Part shown: one piece after another, positions 47,553-60,597 of the stretch
How positions within the stretch are numbered: position 1 is the stretch's first letter
Layout of the letters: each line of letters starts with the position of its first letter
DNA from: Azolla caroliniana
Taxonomy: Eukaryota > Plantae > Polypodiophyta
Assembly (NCBI GenBank): GCA_043228905.1
Contig: JBHGNT010000016.1
Span: 15,810,001-15,874,000, forward strand
Direction: 5' to 3'
DNA: 64,000 nucleotides
Made by a program: the position numbers and the translations under genes
The notes under the pieces: model-generated
What the model was told of the DNA's origin: nothing
Databases searched by the model: none
What the model saw: the letters and a program-made list of their open reading frames with translations, nothing else

Positions 47553-48545
47553 GTCTTTCTCGATTCACTAGTGTTTCGACCGAATCTTTCATCTTGTTCT
47601 CTCAATCAACTGGATCAGTGGAGTGATGGGCTTTTGCCGACTCGTCGATGGTGAGTCCCATCGATTTTCACCAAATATCCTCTCCGAGGATTTGATTGAT
47701 AGTTTCGTCCAGGTTCAGCCTAGGTTCAGCCTAGGGCTGCTATTGGCGAAAGTCCTGTAGAATTCCTCCCATCTCGTTGGCAAGCTCGATAGGAGAGCAA
47801 GGGGTTTCACTTCTTCTTCAAAGTTGACCCCTTGGTAGGAGAGTTTAGCCAACACCCAGTTGAAGGTGTTGATGTGAGAGGTGTTTGGATCGGTCTCTCT
47901 CATCTTCATGTTGAATAGTTGTCTGATCAGTATTAGTTTTGAAGATGAGGACTTCTTTTCATATACCGCCTATAAATTCTCCCACAACGAGAATGCTATC
48001 GTCTCCTTTTCCATATTGAAATAGACGTTTTCGGCCAAGTGAGTTTGAATGGTGGAGTGTGTGATTTCTTCAATTGATCTCCACTCTTCGGTTGACATTG
48101 AAGCAGGTTTTTCGCTATGTCGAATGGCTACAACGTGTTTTCTAATGATCAAACACATCTTGCATCATCTTCTTCCAAAGGGAAAAGTTTTTGCCGTCGA
48201 CCTTTCAAATTTCAACTCCTGTTTTAGATGTTGAAGCCATGTTCTTTTGAAGTGAGATTTACTGACCTGCTCTTTTCTTTCAGTTGTAGAATACTTCTTC
48301 TCTCTTTCTTTTTGTCGTTGTCGAACAACAAGTCGCTTTGATACCAGTTGTAAGATTAGGTGTTCAAATAGATACGCCGAAATATGAGGACCTGCAAGTA
48401 TATGTGTACAACAAATGACAGAGATATGCAACAAGAAAAGAAACAGTAGGTCAACAAGGATTTGAGCTTCAATGGAAGTTCTCTATTGATCTTTAACTGT
48501 CAATTACACTCTCTCTTTATCGTTACAACATTAGGTTAGAGATTA

Positions 48546-51500
48546 TGTAAAAAGTAGCGTGCGGAAGCAGGTATGAAGACCGAACAGAAGGAGGAAAACT
48601 CAGGTTTAATGGAGAGCTTAAGCTTACGCAGTATACGCGGGAGAGACAGAGAGAGTGAGAGAGAACACAAGAACTATATTCAACAACAATACTCAGTCTG
48701 TACATAAGACGTGCTCAGAGAACACTTTTATACAAGTCTTAGAAGGACTGACCGAAGTACTGACAGTACTTCAATGCTCATCAAGAGCTCCTACACTAAC
48801 TCCCAAATATATTCCTCACGGAATATCTTTCTTAACGACCTCCCGGTTTACGCACTCGGCCTAACCGATCGGTCCCGACCGATCCGGTCCTTGGCTTCTT
48901 CAGCCAATCCGGCCGATGTTGAGCTTGTCTCTCAACACTCCCCCTCAAGCTCAACTCGAGGCTCTCCGGGATCCTCGGGCTCACAGCTCTGGTTCCTCCT
49001 AGCTTCACGCCTCGCTCGCGCTCCTCGACCTGTTCGACTCCGCGCGCTTCGACCCTTCCGGTCGGCTTGTCTGCTCATGCGGCCCTTATCAGCTCTTCTG
49101 CTGTTGCGGTGTTGACGCTTCTCCTGCCACCTTTTCTTCCGCTTGGGCCTCGGTTGATTCAGCGTATCTGAATCAAACATCTGAACCGACTCGGCTACCT
49201 CCGATCGGTTTTCGCTCTCATCCGAGCTGGCTGTCTCCAACTTGTCTTCGGTCTTCTCACCCTCGATGCCGTCATCTTCCCCATGCGTGGTTGGCTTCGG
49301 CTCTCTCCTTCCGTTGCTCCCCTTCTGTCCGCTTCCGGACTTTTCCGCGGGTTCGCCCTCGGCTTCTTCAGCCTATCCGAAGTCGAACTCGACAACCGAG
49401 TTAACAACCAAGTCAACTGACTCGGTGTCGCGGCCTCCGCTCCTTTTCTGCTGCTTTGCTTGGTCGTTCGGGACTGTTCTCCCCCTCAAGTTTGGCACGT
49501 CGAGGTGACACAATCCGAGCGCACCAGAGAATTGCCGCAACTTGTCCAGACCAAGAGGCTTGGTGAAGATGTCGGCAATCTGCCGATCCGTCGGAATGTA
49601 CTGAAATTCGACTTCACCGGAAAGGACACGCTCACGGACGAAATGGTAGTGCACCTCAATGTGCTTGGTCCGTGCGTGGAAAACGGGGTTCTTCGCGAGC
49701 TGGATGCTGCTGAGGTTGTCGCAGTAGATCGGCGTCGAATCTGACACCTCCTCTTGCAAGTCCATAAGTAGCCCCTTCAACCATATGGCTTCGCATGTCG
49801 CGACAGCCGCTCCTCGGTACTCAGTTTCAGTGCTCGACAGTGCAACTGTCGGCTGCTTCTTACTGATCCACGCGATCGCGGCACTCCCGAGGGAGAACGC
49901 GTATCCAGACGTGGATCGACGATCGGCGGTGTTGCCAGCCCAATCAGCATCGGTGTAGCCGACTAGCTGCGCGGCTGCACTGGTCTGATATAGCAGCCTG
50001 CGGTCCTTAGTGCCACTTACGTACCATAGTACGCGTTGCGCACACTGAAGGTGCTCCTCGGTAGGTCGCGCCATGAACTGACTGATCACCCCGACCGGAT
50101 AACTGAGGTCGGGTCGGGTGATGGTCAAGTATATGAGGCTTCCGACAATTTGTCGGAACCTCGTCGGGTCGCATACCTTTCCCGTATCGGGACGAAGCTT
50201 GACGGTTCTGTCCAGAGGTGTCGAGATGGACTTACAGTCGGCCATCCCGAGTTTGAAGAGCATACCCAGCACGTAATGACGTTGGCTGATCAATATGCCT
50301 TCGGGGGTACGGATCACTTCGATCCCGAGGAAGTAATGAAGGTTCCCCAGATCCTTCATGTTGAACAATGCCGCAAGCTGGAGCTTCACGCGGTCGATTT
50401 CACCTAGGTCGACGCCAGTGATGACCAAGTCATCAACATATAGTAAAATACTAACCGGTCCGAGTCGGCCTCTCCGGATGAACATGGAAGAGTCTGATTT
50501 TGTCGTGACGAAGCCCATCTGACGCAGTTGTTGCGTGATCTTCGCGTTCCAGGCACGCGGGGCTTGCTTCAATCCGTAAAGGGACTTCTTCAGTCGGCAT
50601 ACTGCCGAGGAGTTCGTTCCGGAGTGAAATACGGGGGGTTGTACCATGTACACCTGTTCCTCAAGGTCACCTTGCAGGAACGCATTCTTTACATCCATCT
50701 GATGTAAGTGCCACCCCTTCGCCGCAACTACTGCGAGCAAAACACGGACGGTCGTCATTTTCGCGACCGGCGCAAACCTCTCATCGTAGTCGATGCCGTG
50801 TTTCTGCGCGTAGCCCTTTGCCACTAGTCGAGCCTTGTACCGGTTGACCAAGCCATCGGTGTTGTACTTGACCTTGTACACCCACCTACACCCGATCGGT
50901 TTTACCCCCTTCGGTGCGTCAACCAGATCCCAGGTCTCGTTCTCCGCCAATGCGTGCATCTCTTCCTCCATCACGGCACGCCAATTCGCGTCTTTAGCCG
51001 CTTCTGCGTAGCTCTCCGGCTCACACACTTCCGCTACACGGGTCATGTACGCATAATGATGCGCCATGTACTCGTTGTATCCGAACCGCAAAACAGGATT
51101 CTTCTGGCGGGTAGATCGGCGTAATCTCACATTAGCCGATGTCGAGGCCTTCTCGGTCGACGCGGTCTTTACCTTTAAAGACCCGTCACCGGTTCCCTCG
51201 GAGTCGGACTCGCGTTGGTCTAACTCATTCTTATCGGTGTCGGAATCCGACACCTTCTTCTTCCCTTTCTCATTGCGCGTAAGCCGTCTCCTCGGCTTCT
51301 TGCGCGGGGAATGCACGGCCGAGTCTCCACTACTCGCTGGCTCTTCATTGGAGTGGTCGTACTGACTCAGTTGTCCAATCGGTCCACTTAACCGGAGTGA
51401 AATCGGACTCTCTTCGCGGGTCTCAATTTCGGGCTCATTCGGAGGCATCTCGACCTCGCTGACCTCATCGTCAAAGCTCAGATTGGGGGCAGGGTTCGGA

Positions 51501-54218
51501 GTTGGGGGCAGATACCAGGACGCGGACTCGTCAAACACAACGTCGCAGCTGACACGCGCTTGTTTGGTGCGAGGGTTATAGCACTTATAACCCTTCAGCT
51601 CGTCCGAGTAACCGACCAAGATGCATTTCTCGGCCTTTGCGTCCAACTTCCTCCTTTTCTCCTTCGGTACATGCACATACGCAATGCTACCGAACACCCT
51701 CAAGTGTCGTAAGTTCGGCTTCGTTCCGAAATATAGCTCGTGCGCTGATACTTTGTCTCCGATCCGGTTCTGGATGTATACCGCGGTCCTTACCGCCTCG
51801 GCCCAGTAGAACTTGGGCAAGCTCTTCTCCTCCAGCATTGCCCGTGCCGCTTCCACAACTGACTGATTCTTCCTCTCGGCCACGCCGTTCTGCTCCGGCG
51901 TGTATCTACAACTGAATTCGCGTCGAATTCCCATTTGTTGTAGATAATCGTTGAATTGACCGGAAAAGTACTCTTTCCCGCCATCCGGCTGTAGGCACTT
52001 GATCTTTCGTCCCGTTTCCGTTTCCACGAACCCTTTGAGGTCCTGGAAACAATCGAAGACTTCGCTCTTCCTCTCAATGAGGTAGATCCACGTGTGCCGC
52101 GTGTGGTCGTCAATAAAGGAGACGAAGTATCAGCTCCCGCCAAGACTAACGTTTTGTGCCGACCCCCATACATCGGAGTGTATAAGGTCGAGCTTGTTCC
52201 GGCTCCAGTTTCGCTCGTTGGGAAAGGAAGTCGGTGTTGCTTCCTGAGCTGGCAGGCTTCACAAATTTGTGCCTTTCGGCCACTAAATTTGGGCAATCCG
52301 AACACTACCTGTTTCGATTGCAGATCTTGAAGCCGCTTGTAGTTGACGTGGCCTATCCGCTTATGCCACAAGTCGATGTCCGACTCGGTTTTTCTTCCCT
52401 TCGCGAACATTGCGGTGCCGCCGTCAGTGGAGTCGAGGATGAACATCCTCCCGTCTCTGCGCCCTTGTGCAATCACACGGCCTTTTTCCTCAATGAAGCA
52501 CCCGAGGTGATTAAACCGAACCTCCATCCCTTGGTCAATGATCTGTCCGACCGAGACCAAGTTCTTCGTGATTGTCGGAACGTGCAACACGTTCATGAGT
52601 TTCCCTTTCTGCCCGACATGGCTAATCAGATGCGGAGTGTCGTCTCTAGTTGCGACTACTCCAGGTTGTATCGGTTTTTCAAGGTACGAGAACCACTCCT
52701 TATGGCTCGTCATGTGGTTTGACGCGCCGGAGTCTACGTACCACACCTCGTCCGATCTCGGGGTGATCCGTTTCATTGACTTTGCTTCGTGTCTCGTCAC
52801 GAAAGCAGACCCTTCTGCGGCTCTCCCGGAGTCTTCAGCGTAGTGCGATCGCTGCCAATTTCCCTTGTTGGTATGTCCGGAGCCGTTTCCGGAACCAGTT
52901 CTCTCTGAATCGGCGCGCTTCTTCCAGCACTCACTTTCCCTGTGGCCTTTCTTGCCACAGTACCAGCACTCCGCGATGGCCGTCCCTTGCCGGTTCTCAT
53001 CGCTTTGACTCCCCCTGTTTCCGGAGGGTACGGAGCTGCTGTCGGCATCACTTCGGTGCCTTCTTCCTTGATCTCGTCGGCCGCCTCCATTGTGCCCCGA
53101 CTCGCCTCGTCCTCCACGTCCACGGGGCCTATCTCCCTCCATGTACAACATTCTGTTGTCGGCGTGCGTGCTTGTAGACGCACCCGCGTGGTTCTCCTCC
53201 ACCAGGAGCATTGACTGTAAGTCGAAAAAGGACGGCGTATTCTCCCGGGTACACACAGCCGTTCGGAACGCTCCGAACTTCGACGCCAAACCTCCGAGAC
53301 AGATCTGGACCATCTCGCTCTCCTCGATGTTCACCTCTATGTAGGCGAGGGAGTCGCAGATATCCTTGATCTTTGAGGTATAGTCCGCCACCGACAAGTC
53401 GCGTTGTCGTAGGTTGCTCAACTCCTGTTGGAGCTGAAGCTTCCTGGCTGTGGTGCTCGCGGCGAAAATCTTCTTCAGATTTTCCCACGCACCCTTCGGT
53501 GTCTTTGCATCCCGAACATAGCTCAATAACTGTTCGCCCACACACGACGCGAAGCAATACAATACCCTGCTCGCCGATTGCTCCCACGACGGGAAGTCTC
53601 TGTGTGTCGATTCGGGTGCCGCGTCATTAGCTCCTTCGACATAACTCCAGTAGCCGTGCCGGAGCAGGTACTGGTGCATCTTGTAGGACCAAGACGCATA
53701 GTTGGTTCTGTTGAGCTTCTCTGTTGGAAGCGAGCTCGCCATGCCTCTATCCATCGTTCTTCTCGTTCTTCTTCGTCAAGTTCTGTCGGCTGCAGAGAGG
53801 TTCTCAACCCTCGCGCTCTAATACCATGTAAAAAGTAGCATGCGGAAGCAGGTATGAAGACCGAACCGAAGGAGGAAAACTCAGGTTTAATGGAGAGCTT
53901 GAGCTTACGCAGTATACGCGGGAGAGACAGAGAGAGTGAGAGAGAACACAAGAACTATATTCAACAATAATACTCAGTCTGTACATAAGACGTGCTCAGA
54001 GAACACTTTTATACAAGTCCTAGAAGGACTGACCGAAGTACTGACAGTACTTCAATGCTCATCAAGAGCTCCTACACTAACTCCCAAATATATTCCTCAC
54101 GGAATATCTTTCTTAACGACCTCCCGGTTTACGCACTCGGCCTAACCGATCGGTCCCAACCGATCCGGTCCTCGGCTTCTTCAGCCGATCCGGCCGATGT
54201 TGAGCTTGTCTCTCAACA
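48546..54218 (-). mobile_element. Full-length Copia I, TSD GATTA; best-preserved element in the window
   Basis: 392-bp LTRs 48546-48937 and 53827-54218 (8 differences by eye); GATTA at 48541-48545 and 54219-54223; PBS TGGTATTAGAGC; PPT 48938-48949. Confidence 0.96.
49373..53754 (-). pseudogene. gag-pol polyprotein of Copia I, frameshifted near 52220
   Basis: ORFs 51790-53754 (gag, CWYCGKKGHRESEC, VDSGASNH) and 49373-52027 (integrase, LYVDD RT, YTDADWAG RNase H). Confidence 0.93.
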
Positions 54219-54302
54219 GATTATATACTCAAGCCCTAACTATTAGACGTGTTCACACTTATGTGGATACAAAGTGGAAGGATTCGGTCGTTTATGCCAA
54301 CA

Positions 54303-55523
54303 GATCGGCCACTGTCCAATTGAGATCCCGACGTCTTTAGTTGATCTGGGGCTAGCCGATCTCTCTTCATGATCTTGCTCTCGGCTTCCTAGTTGTCGCA
54401 ACATTGGCGCCCCTTGACCCATCGGCTCCTCCATATCGGCGTTGACTTCGGCTACCTCTTGTCCACCTAGCCTATCCATCTTGTCCGGATTGTTTATCTC
54501 TCCTAGATTGGCTGTCTCCGATCTAATACCACTCTCGATCTAATTGGTTATCTCCAATTTGTCCTCTTTCAGACCCTTGACCACAACTGACCATGTATTG
54601 GTCCTAGCCATCATCTTCAGGCCGGATTTGCACTTCTAGGCTATGCCACCTACCCTACCCACTTCGCCTCTGTCTCCCCCTTGTTCGGTTGGCTCCGGCT
54701 CCGGCTCTACCTCTAGCTATCTCTCACGACTGCTTTCCCTGCATTTGTCTAGTCTATACTCAAACGATATCCTTCCATCTGTTCTCTTATCCGACGAGTC
54801 CTCCGCTTCTCTAGCCGATTTCGGTTTTCAGACTTCGTCTCTCTTGCCTTTGCTAGTTCTACCCCTCAAGTTTGGCACATCGAAGTGTTGCAAACCAACC
54901 TCACTCAAAAACGGCCGCTACTTGTCTAGAGACCAAGAGATTTGGTGAAGATATCGACAGTTTGTTGATTCGTCAGATCATGCACGAGTTCCACCTCCCT
55001 AGAGAGAATTCCCTCATCAACAAAATGATGGTGCACCTCAATGTCCTTGGTCCGGGCTTGGAAAACGAGGTTCTTGGCTAGTTGGATGTTGCTGAGGTTG
55101 TCACAGTAAATCATCGTCGACTTGAACACCTCTATCTACAAAACCTTAAAGAGCCTCTTGACCCATATGGCTTCACATGTCGCAACATCCGCTCCTCTAT
55201 ATTTGGCCTAAACCCTAAACTATCGGCTATGACATAAACTAATTGATCAAGCCGACCGGATAACTAAGTTACGGCCATGTGATTTTCAAGTAGGTTTAAG
55301 GCTTCTGAAAATCTATCGGAACCACGTCGGATCACATGTTGTTCTCGTTTCAGGGTGGAGCTTGACATTTTTGTCGAGAGGAGTAGTGATGGATTTGCAA
55401 TCCATCATTCCCGAATTTGAAGAGCATACCCAACACGTAATGCCTTTGGCTAATTAGTATGCCTTCCGGGATGTGGATCACTTCAATCCTAAGGAAGTAA
55501 TGAAGGTCCCCTAGATCCTCCAT
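54303..55523 (-). mobile_element. Copia fragment (RT end, RNase H, 3' extension), D/E/I family
   Basis: DLHYFLRIEV, IYCDNLSNIQLAKN, ARTKDIEVH; TWSVVVKGLK extension. Confidence 0.75.
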
Positions 55524-55952
55524 AACACTGAGTCATTTGAAGTAGGTAATATATAGCATTTTAAGAATACTCCATCGAAAAAAGGCACAAAACTGGTCGT
55601 TTTACAAAAAGGGGTGACACAAGCGTAAAGGTTTTTCAAAAATGAACCAAAATATATTGATTTTCAACATTTCGAAAATTTAAGGCTTTCTAAAAATGTC
55701 AAAATAATAGACATGCGAAACTTACAAAAGAATGTACAAAATGACTACCACCTATATTGATACATATTATTGATTTGACATTTTGAAGTAAAATACAACA
55801 TTACAATTCATGTATTAAAACAATTGCTTCCCAATGCTACTCCATTTTTAGACCCATCCGATGAACTAGATGAGCTTTGTGAGGTCTCATCCTCATCATT
55901 ACTAGCAACCAATGCATTATCTTCGTCCAATTACAAGCCAACTTCATTGTGA

Positions 55953-58140
55953 TTAGGAGACATTCTTCTTGTTTGTCTTTGTCTGGTGTCTAGTACCATA
56001 TTTGGGATCTTCTCTTTTATTATCGTGACGGTGGCTTGTCTTAGAGGGCCTGTTTTTAGTCAAGGAGAAGTCATACGCTAGTGTGTCAACATTGTCCAGT
56101 GTAAGAGTAGATGTGCTTGGTACATTCTTTCTTCTTCTCTTTCTACTTGTGCCTTGGACATCTTTAACCATTTCTAAAGAATACTTTCCAGCAAATGCAT
56201 CTAGGGAAGACGTGTGATACCAATGAACCACAATTGACTTTGCTTGATTGCCTTGTTCATCCTTCATTAATACAAGAAATTTTTCAATCCAAAAAGGATG
56301 GCCCAAGTTATCATCCCCAGCTAATGTTGCAACCAACATTCCAACTTGTACCTCTTGCAAATTACCTTGCCATCTTGCCTCTATAGTACACGATATTCTT
56401 GGTCCCATGTAAATATCTCTTTGTCATGGGTGAACTAAAATATTGAGCTCAATATTATCTAATGATTGGTGATGAGTCGTGGACATCATTGATGACACCC
56501 CAATATGCCATGTGAATGGGGTATGGATTGGCCAGTATCCAGGAATGTAGCTATCTTGCAAATTACCTTGCCATATTGCCTCTATAGTACACGATATTCT
56601 TGGTCCCATGTAAGTATCTCTTTGTCATGGGTGAACTAAATTATTGAGCTCAATATTATCTAATGATTGGTGATGAGTCGTGGACATCATTGATGACACC
56701 CCAATATGCCATGTGAATGGGGTATGGATTGGCCAGTATCCAGGAATGTAGCTATCTTGCAAATTACCTTGCCATATTGCCTCTATAGTACACGATATTC
56801 TTGGTCCCATGTAAGTATCTCTTTGTCATGGGTGAACTAAATTATTGAGCTCAATATTATCTAATGATTGGTGATGAGTCGTGGACATCATTGATGACAC
56901 CCCAATATGCCATGTGAATGGGGTATGGATTGGGCAGTATCCGGGAATGTAGTTATCTAAAATTGTACGTTGATGGGTGAAGAAGATACCCCACCGTTCA
57001 ACATCTTGATCAACAGCATACTTCTTGCTGCACTCAATAATTTTTTGTTTCTCTTCTAAGCATCGCAACCAATATATCCTTTATCAAATGAACTACTGGG
57101 AGCCAATTTTTTATGATCATAATATGGTATTTGCTCTGCACCATGGATTTGAGCATCTGGAAAATGAAGTAAGAGCCTACAACCCTCTTGTGGCTCCCAT
57201 TGTGAACTTGATGAGTATTGTTTTGCATACAACACTGTCATGTTGTGCCTCGCAGAACTTTGTTTTATGAGAAAGACGTGATTAAAACTTATATTATTAA
57301 GAGGTGCAAGCACCTTACATTGAGACTCATCACCATCCATGTAGAAGCATTTAAAATCATACACTTCATCAAATGATGTACTCAGGCTTCGGGGTATATG
57401 CTTCACTTATCAACTTTGATAGGGTCGTAAGCATTAGATCATGCTAGTTTCTTTGAGAACCTACTAAATCTTTGATCTATATGATCATGGGTATGACCAA
57501 CTTGTAAGAAGTTGACCTTAATCTTTTTAAATATGCCCCTCTCTTTTAGCATGCTTAAACAACCAAACACAATCGAGTTTTTATTTTCTCTGGCTATGTT
57601 GTCGAATTGCACGTATAAAACTGGCACTATTATACCTGGCCAAGATTGTAACACTCTTTGCATGATCGTGACTATAAGATTAGGGTCATTGTGGATATCA
57701 TGATAAGTTAAGAATACTTGAGGTCTTATTGTCTGACAATACGTCAAACAACCTACTAGATGCATTTGCATGACACATTCATCTCCAATGTCCTTTGGCA
57801 GCCTTTGGAAGTGCGGCAAACAAGTCTTCTTCTAATCCATGCCATTTATAATCATGCACATATACTTTTCGGGTGAGTGAAGTGCTTTTTGTCGGAACGT
57901 GTCAATGCTTGACTTTCGTAATGTTCTTTTAAAAGATTCTTATAATTCTTTAATTCTTCATTTGATCTCCCACCCTTTGCCATACTCTTTAAACTTGCAC
58001 ATATTGAGCAAACTCCCATCCTCACCTTTTGCGGTATAACCACATTGTTAAATTGTAACTTCCATAATCAATTAAAATGTCTATGTTTTATGTAAGGTAC
58101 ACCTTCTAACAACATGTCATCCTTGTATGATTGGTAAACT
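55953..58140 (-). pseudogene. Degenerate DDE transposase, Sola-like
   Basis: LYVQFDNIARENKN...VNFLQVGHTHDHIDQRFSRFS (57439-57819); upstream CSIC motif (57852-58043); the motif pattern resembles Sola-type transposases from memory. Confidence 0.65.
56353..56955. repeat. 201-bp tandem triplication inside the transposase remnant
   Basis: Units start at 56353, 56554 and 56755; the copies are nearly identical. Confidence 0.92.
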
Positions 58141-58161
58141 TAATGACAAATGAAGCCTACA

Positions 58162-58307
58162 TGTCAACTAGAATCCGATGCACAACATCAGATTCAAGTG
58201 AAAATGTCCACTTTTCAACTAGAATTTGATGCACTGCATTGGATTCTAGTTGAAATATAGGATTTTCAATCAGAAATCCCATGCACTGCATTGTATTTTC
58301 GTTGAAA
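58162..58307. repeat. Three tandem ~51-bp imperfect palindromes
   Basis: Best unit TTTCAACTAGAAT-TTGATGCACTGCATTGG-ATTCTAGTTGAAA (58213-58255). Confidence 0.75.
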
Positions 58308-58591
58308 TGTGGGCAATTTTTATATAGATTTTGGTAAGATTATTCATGTTTCAAATGGTTTTTTGTTAGTTTTTTCATCTTTTTTTATTAGTATTTGTTA
58401 CTTTTTGCTCTTAATTTAGCTATAACATTATGTGTTATACATTTTAGTGAGCCTCGTCAAAAGGTCCCAGCTTTTAAGCTAAAGATTTGAACTCCAACAA
58501 AACAAGATTCCGAGTCATTTTTAAAAGATGTGTCTCGAAGAACACTATTCGATTCAGCAAGGGATGGGGCATCAAAATCCTTTGTTGAGAC

Positions 58592-60170
58592 CGACAACGG
58601 TTGAAGTCGAGAAATAGCCAAACAGGTGATTTCTGTACTCACTATAGGACAGTCGGTCACAACATTTCCGACTATTGGTCAGTCAAGATAAAAGAGAGCG
58701 GTCAGCAATCCGAGTGGAACATAGGACGATCCATCTTGAACCGCTCTCCAATTGCCAACCAAATCAATGTTGTCGACACCCAATCAAGAGAAATCCTCTC
58801 TCTAGAGGACTTGGTGATCGGAGAAATTCTCTACAGTGTGCAAGATGCACACACGTGGCTATTGGACTCTAGTGCCACATTTCACATGACCCCGAACATC
58901 GAATGGTTTTCAAACTATTCAGCCGAAGCCAACACACCGTCTGATTCAGCAACGGGCAAGAGTGCATAATTGCAAGGATCGGAGAGGTCCCCATTCGATT
59001 GCCGAATGGAAACATGATCACCCTACACCAAATTCGGCATGTACCCAATCTAAAAAGGAGTTTGGTCTTCATTGCCATGTTAGCCGAAGACGGGTATTGA
59101 ACGACTCTCAATGATTCAATATCGATGATCAACCGAGGAAACCTCAAAATAGGAAGTGAACACAATTACAACATCTTGTATCCAATAATTGCGATCAATC
59201 CAAAAGGTGTCGTGAACATAGCCGAATCGACAAACCCAAACTTATGGCATGGCCGACTCAGTCATAAGTCGCAAGTCAGACTGTACCGGCGAATGGCGGT
59301 CGGCTACATTCCGAAACTCCTAGGAAAGACGGATTTCTGTGAGCATTGTTGATACGGGAAACAAACCCAAAGTCCTCACTCTTTCCATTATGACACAATA
59401 CCACAACCCCTAGAATTGGTCCAATATATGTAGGTCGATGCCCGAAAGATCACTAGGTAGCCCTCAGTACTTCATCACTTTCGTCAATGATTGTACATGG
59501 AAGGTCTAGGCCTACTCTATTAAGTCCAAAGAAGAAGCGATCAAGATCTTCGCTCGATGGTTAGTCGAAATGGAGAACCAGTCGGGATACCAAGTAAAGA
59601 AGCTATGATCCGAAAATAGAGATGAATACACATCTCAAGCCTTCAAACAGTACCTATCCAAAAAAGGGATCAAACACCAGATGATTCTTCCATATACACC
59701 CATGCAAAATGGAGTGGTAAAGAGGATCAACCGATTGATCCAGGAAAAGGTGACGGCAATGCTCCAACAAGCCGGACTAAAGCTAGAGCTTTTGGCTGAA
59801 GCGTTGCAGATGGCAGTATACCTGATAAATCTATCACCGTCAAAAACAATTAGGCTCAAAGTGACAAAGGCACTATTGTCACGCAAACAGCTGACCTACA
59901 ACAGGCTCCGTATATTCAGATGCAAAGCTTATGCATTCATACGGAGGGAGAAAAGGACCAAGTTGGTACCCCATGCAACGAAATGCATATTTCTTGGTTC
60001 TTGAACTAATGGGACCCGGAGAATCGGAAATTGATCCGAAGTAGTGACGTAATCTTCAACAAAAACTCAATTCTCTCTGAGTGGAACCAGGAGAAAATAG
60101 TTGACAAAAGAGTCTCTTTCGACACCGACAAATTCGTCATAGAAGGACTGACTCACTAGGCCGAATCAGA
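58592..60170 (+). mobile_element. Copia fragment (knuckle, protease, integrase), probably the continuation of J
   Basis: DRQRLKSRN...FCTHYRTVGH; WLLDSSATFHMT; LWHGRLSH; PYTPMQNGV. Confidence 0.75.
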
Positions 60171-60597
60171 GGTTGCGGTCTGGATGAGGGAGAATACGCC
60201 TTTGGTTTTCGAGCTACAATCAATGTTGCTCGTTGAAGAGAACCACAAGGTGCATTGACAAGCATGCACGCCAATAGCAATATGTTGTACATGGAGGCAA
60301 ATAGGCCTCATGGTCGTGGCGGTGTCGTGAAGTACGAAACCTTCACATTAAAATTCTACAATAAGATAAATACGTAACTAAAATAACATTTGATAATGTT
60401 TTATATATAAATATAATATTAACAACACATGATAATATTAGATATATATGTAAAGAAAAATAAGATAGATAGATGGATAGATTATATTACACGAACAAGA
60501 GAGGACTTGAACCAATAACCCCACCCTATCACTCTCAAATCTTACCATTTACTCTATACTAGTAATATACATAAAATAAAGCATACTTTATATATAC

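Larger units (their letters stand above)
47553..54302 (-). mobile_element. Copia J, 5' part (gag 47553-~48240, PBS ~48335-48346, 5' LTR 48349-54302 split by I)
   Basis: PBS TGGTATCAAAGC; gag HINTFNWVLAKL...LALLSSLPTRW; LTR TGTAAG...GCCAACA after removing I. Confidence 0.75.

Noticed and set aside
47543-47553. TTTTTGTAGTG as a CACTA terminus
   Set aside because: No partner terminus or subterminal repeats were found, and the site is better explained as the inversion breakpoint within coding-like sequence. It is not fully excluded.
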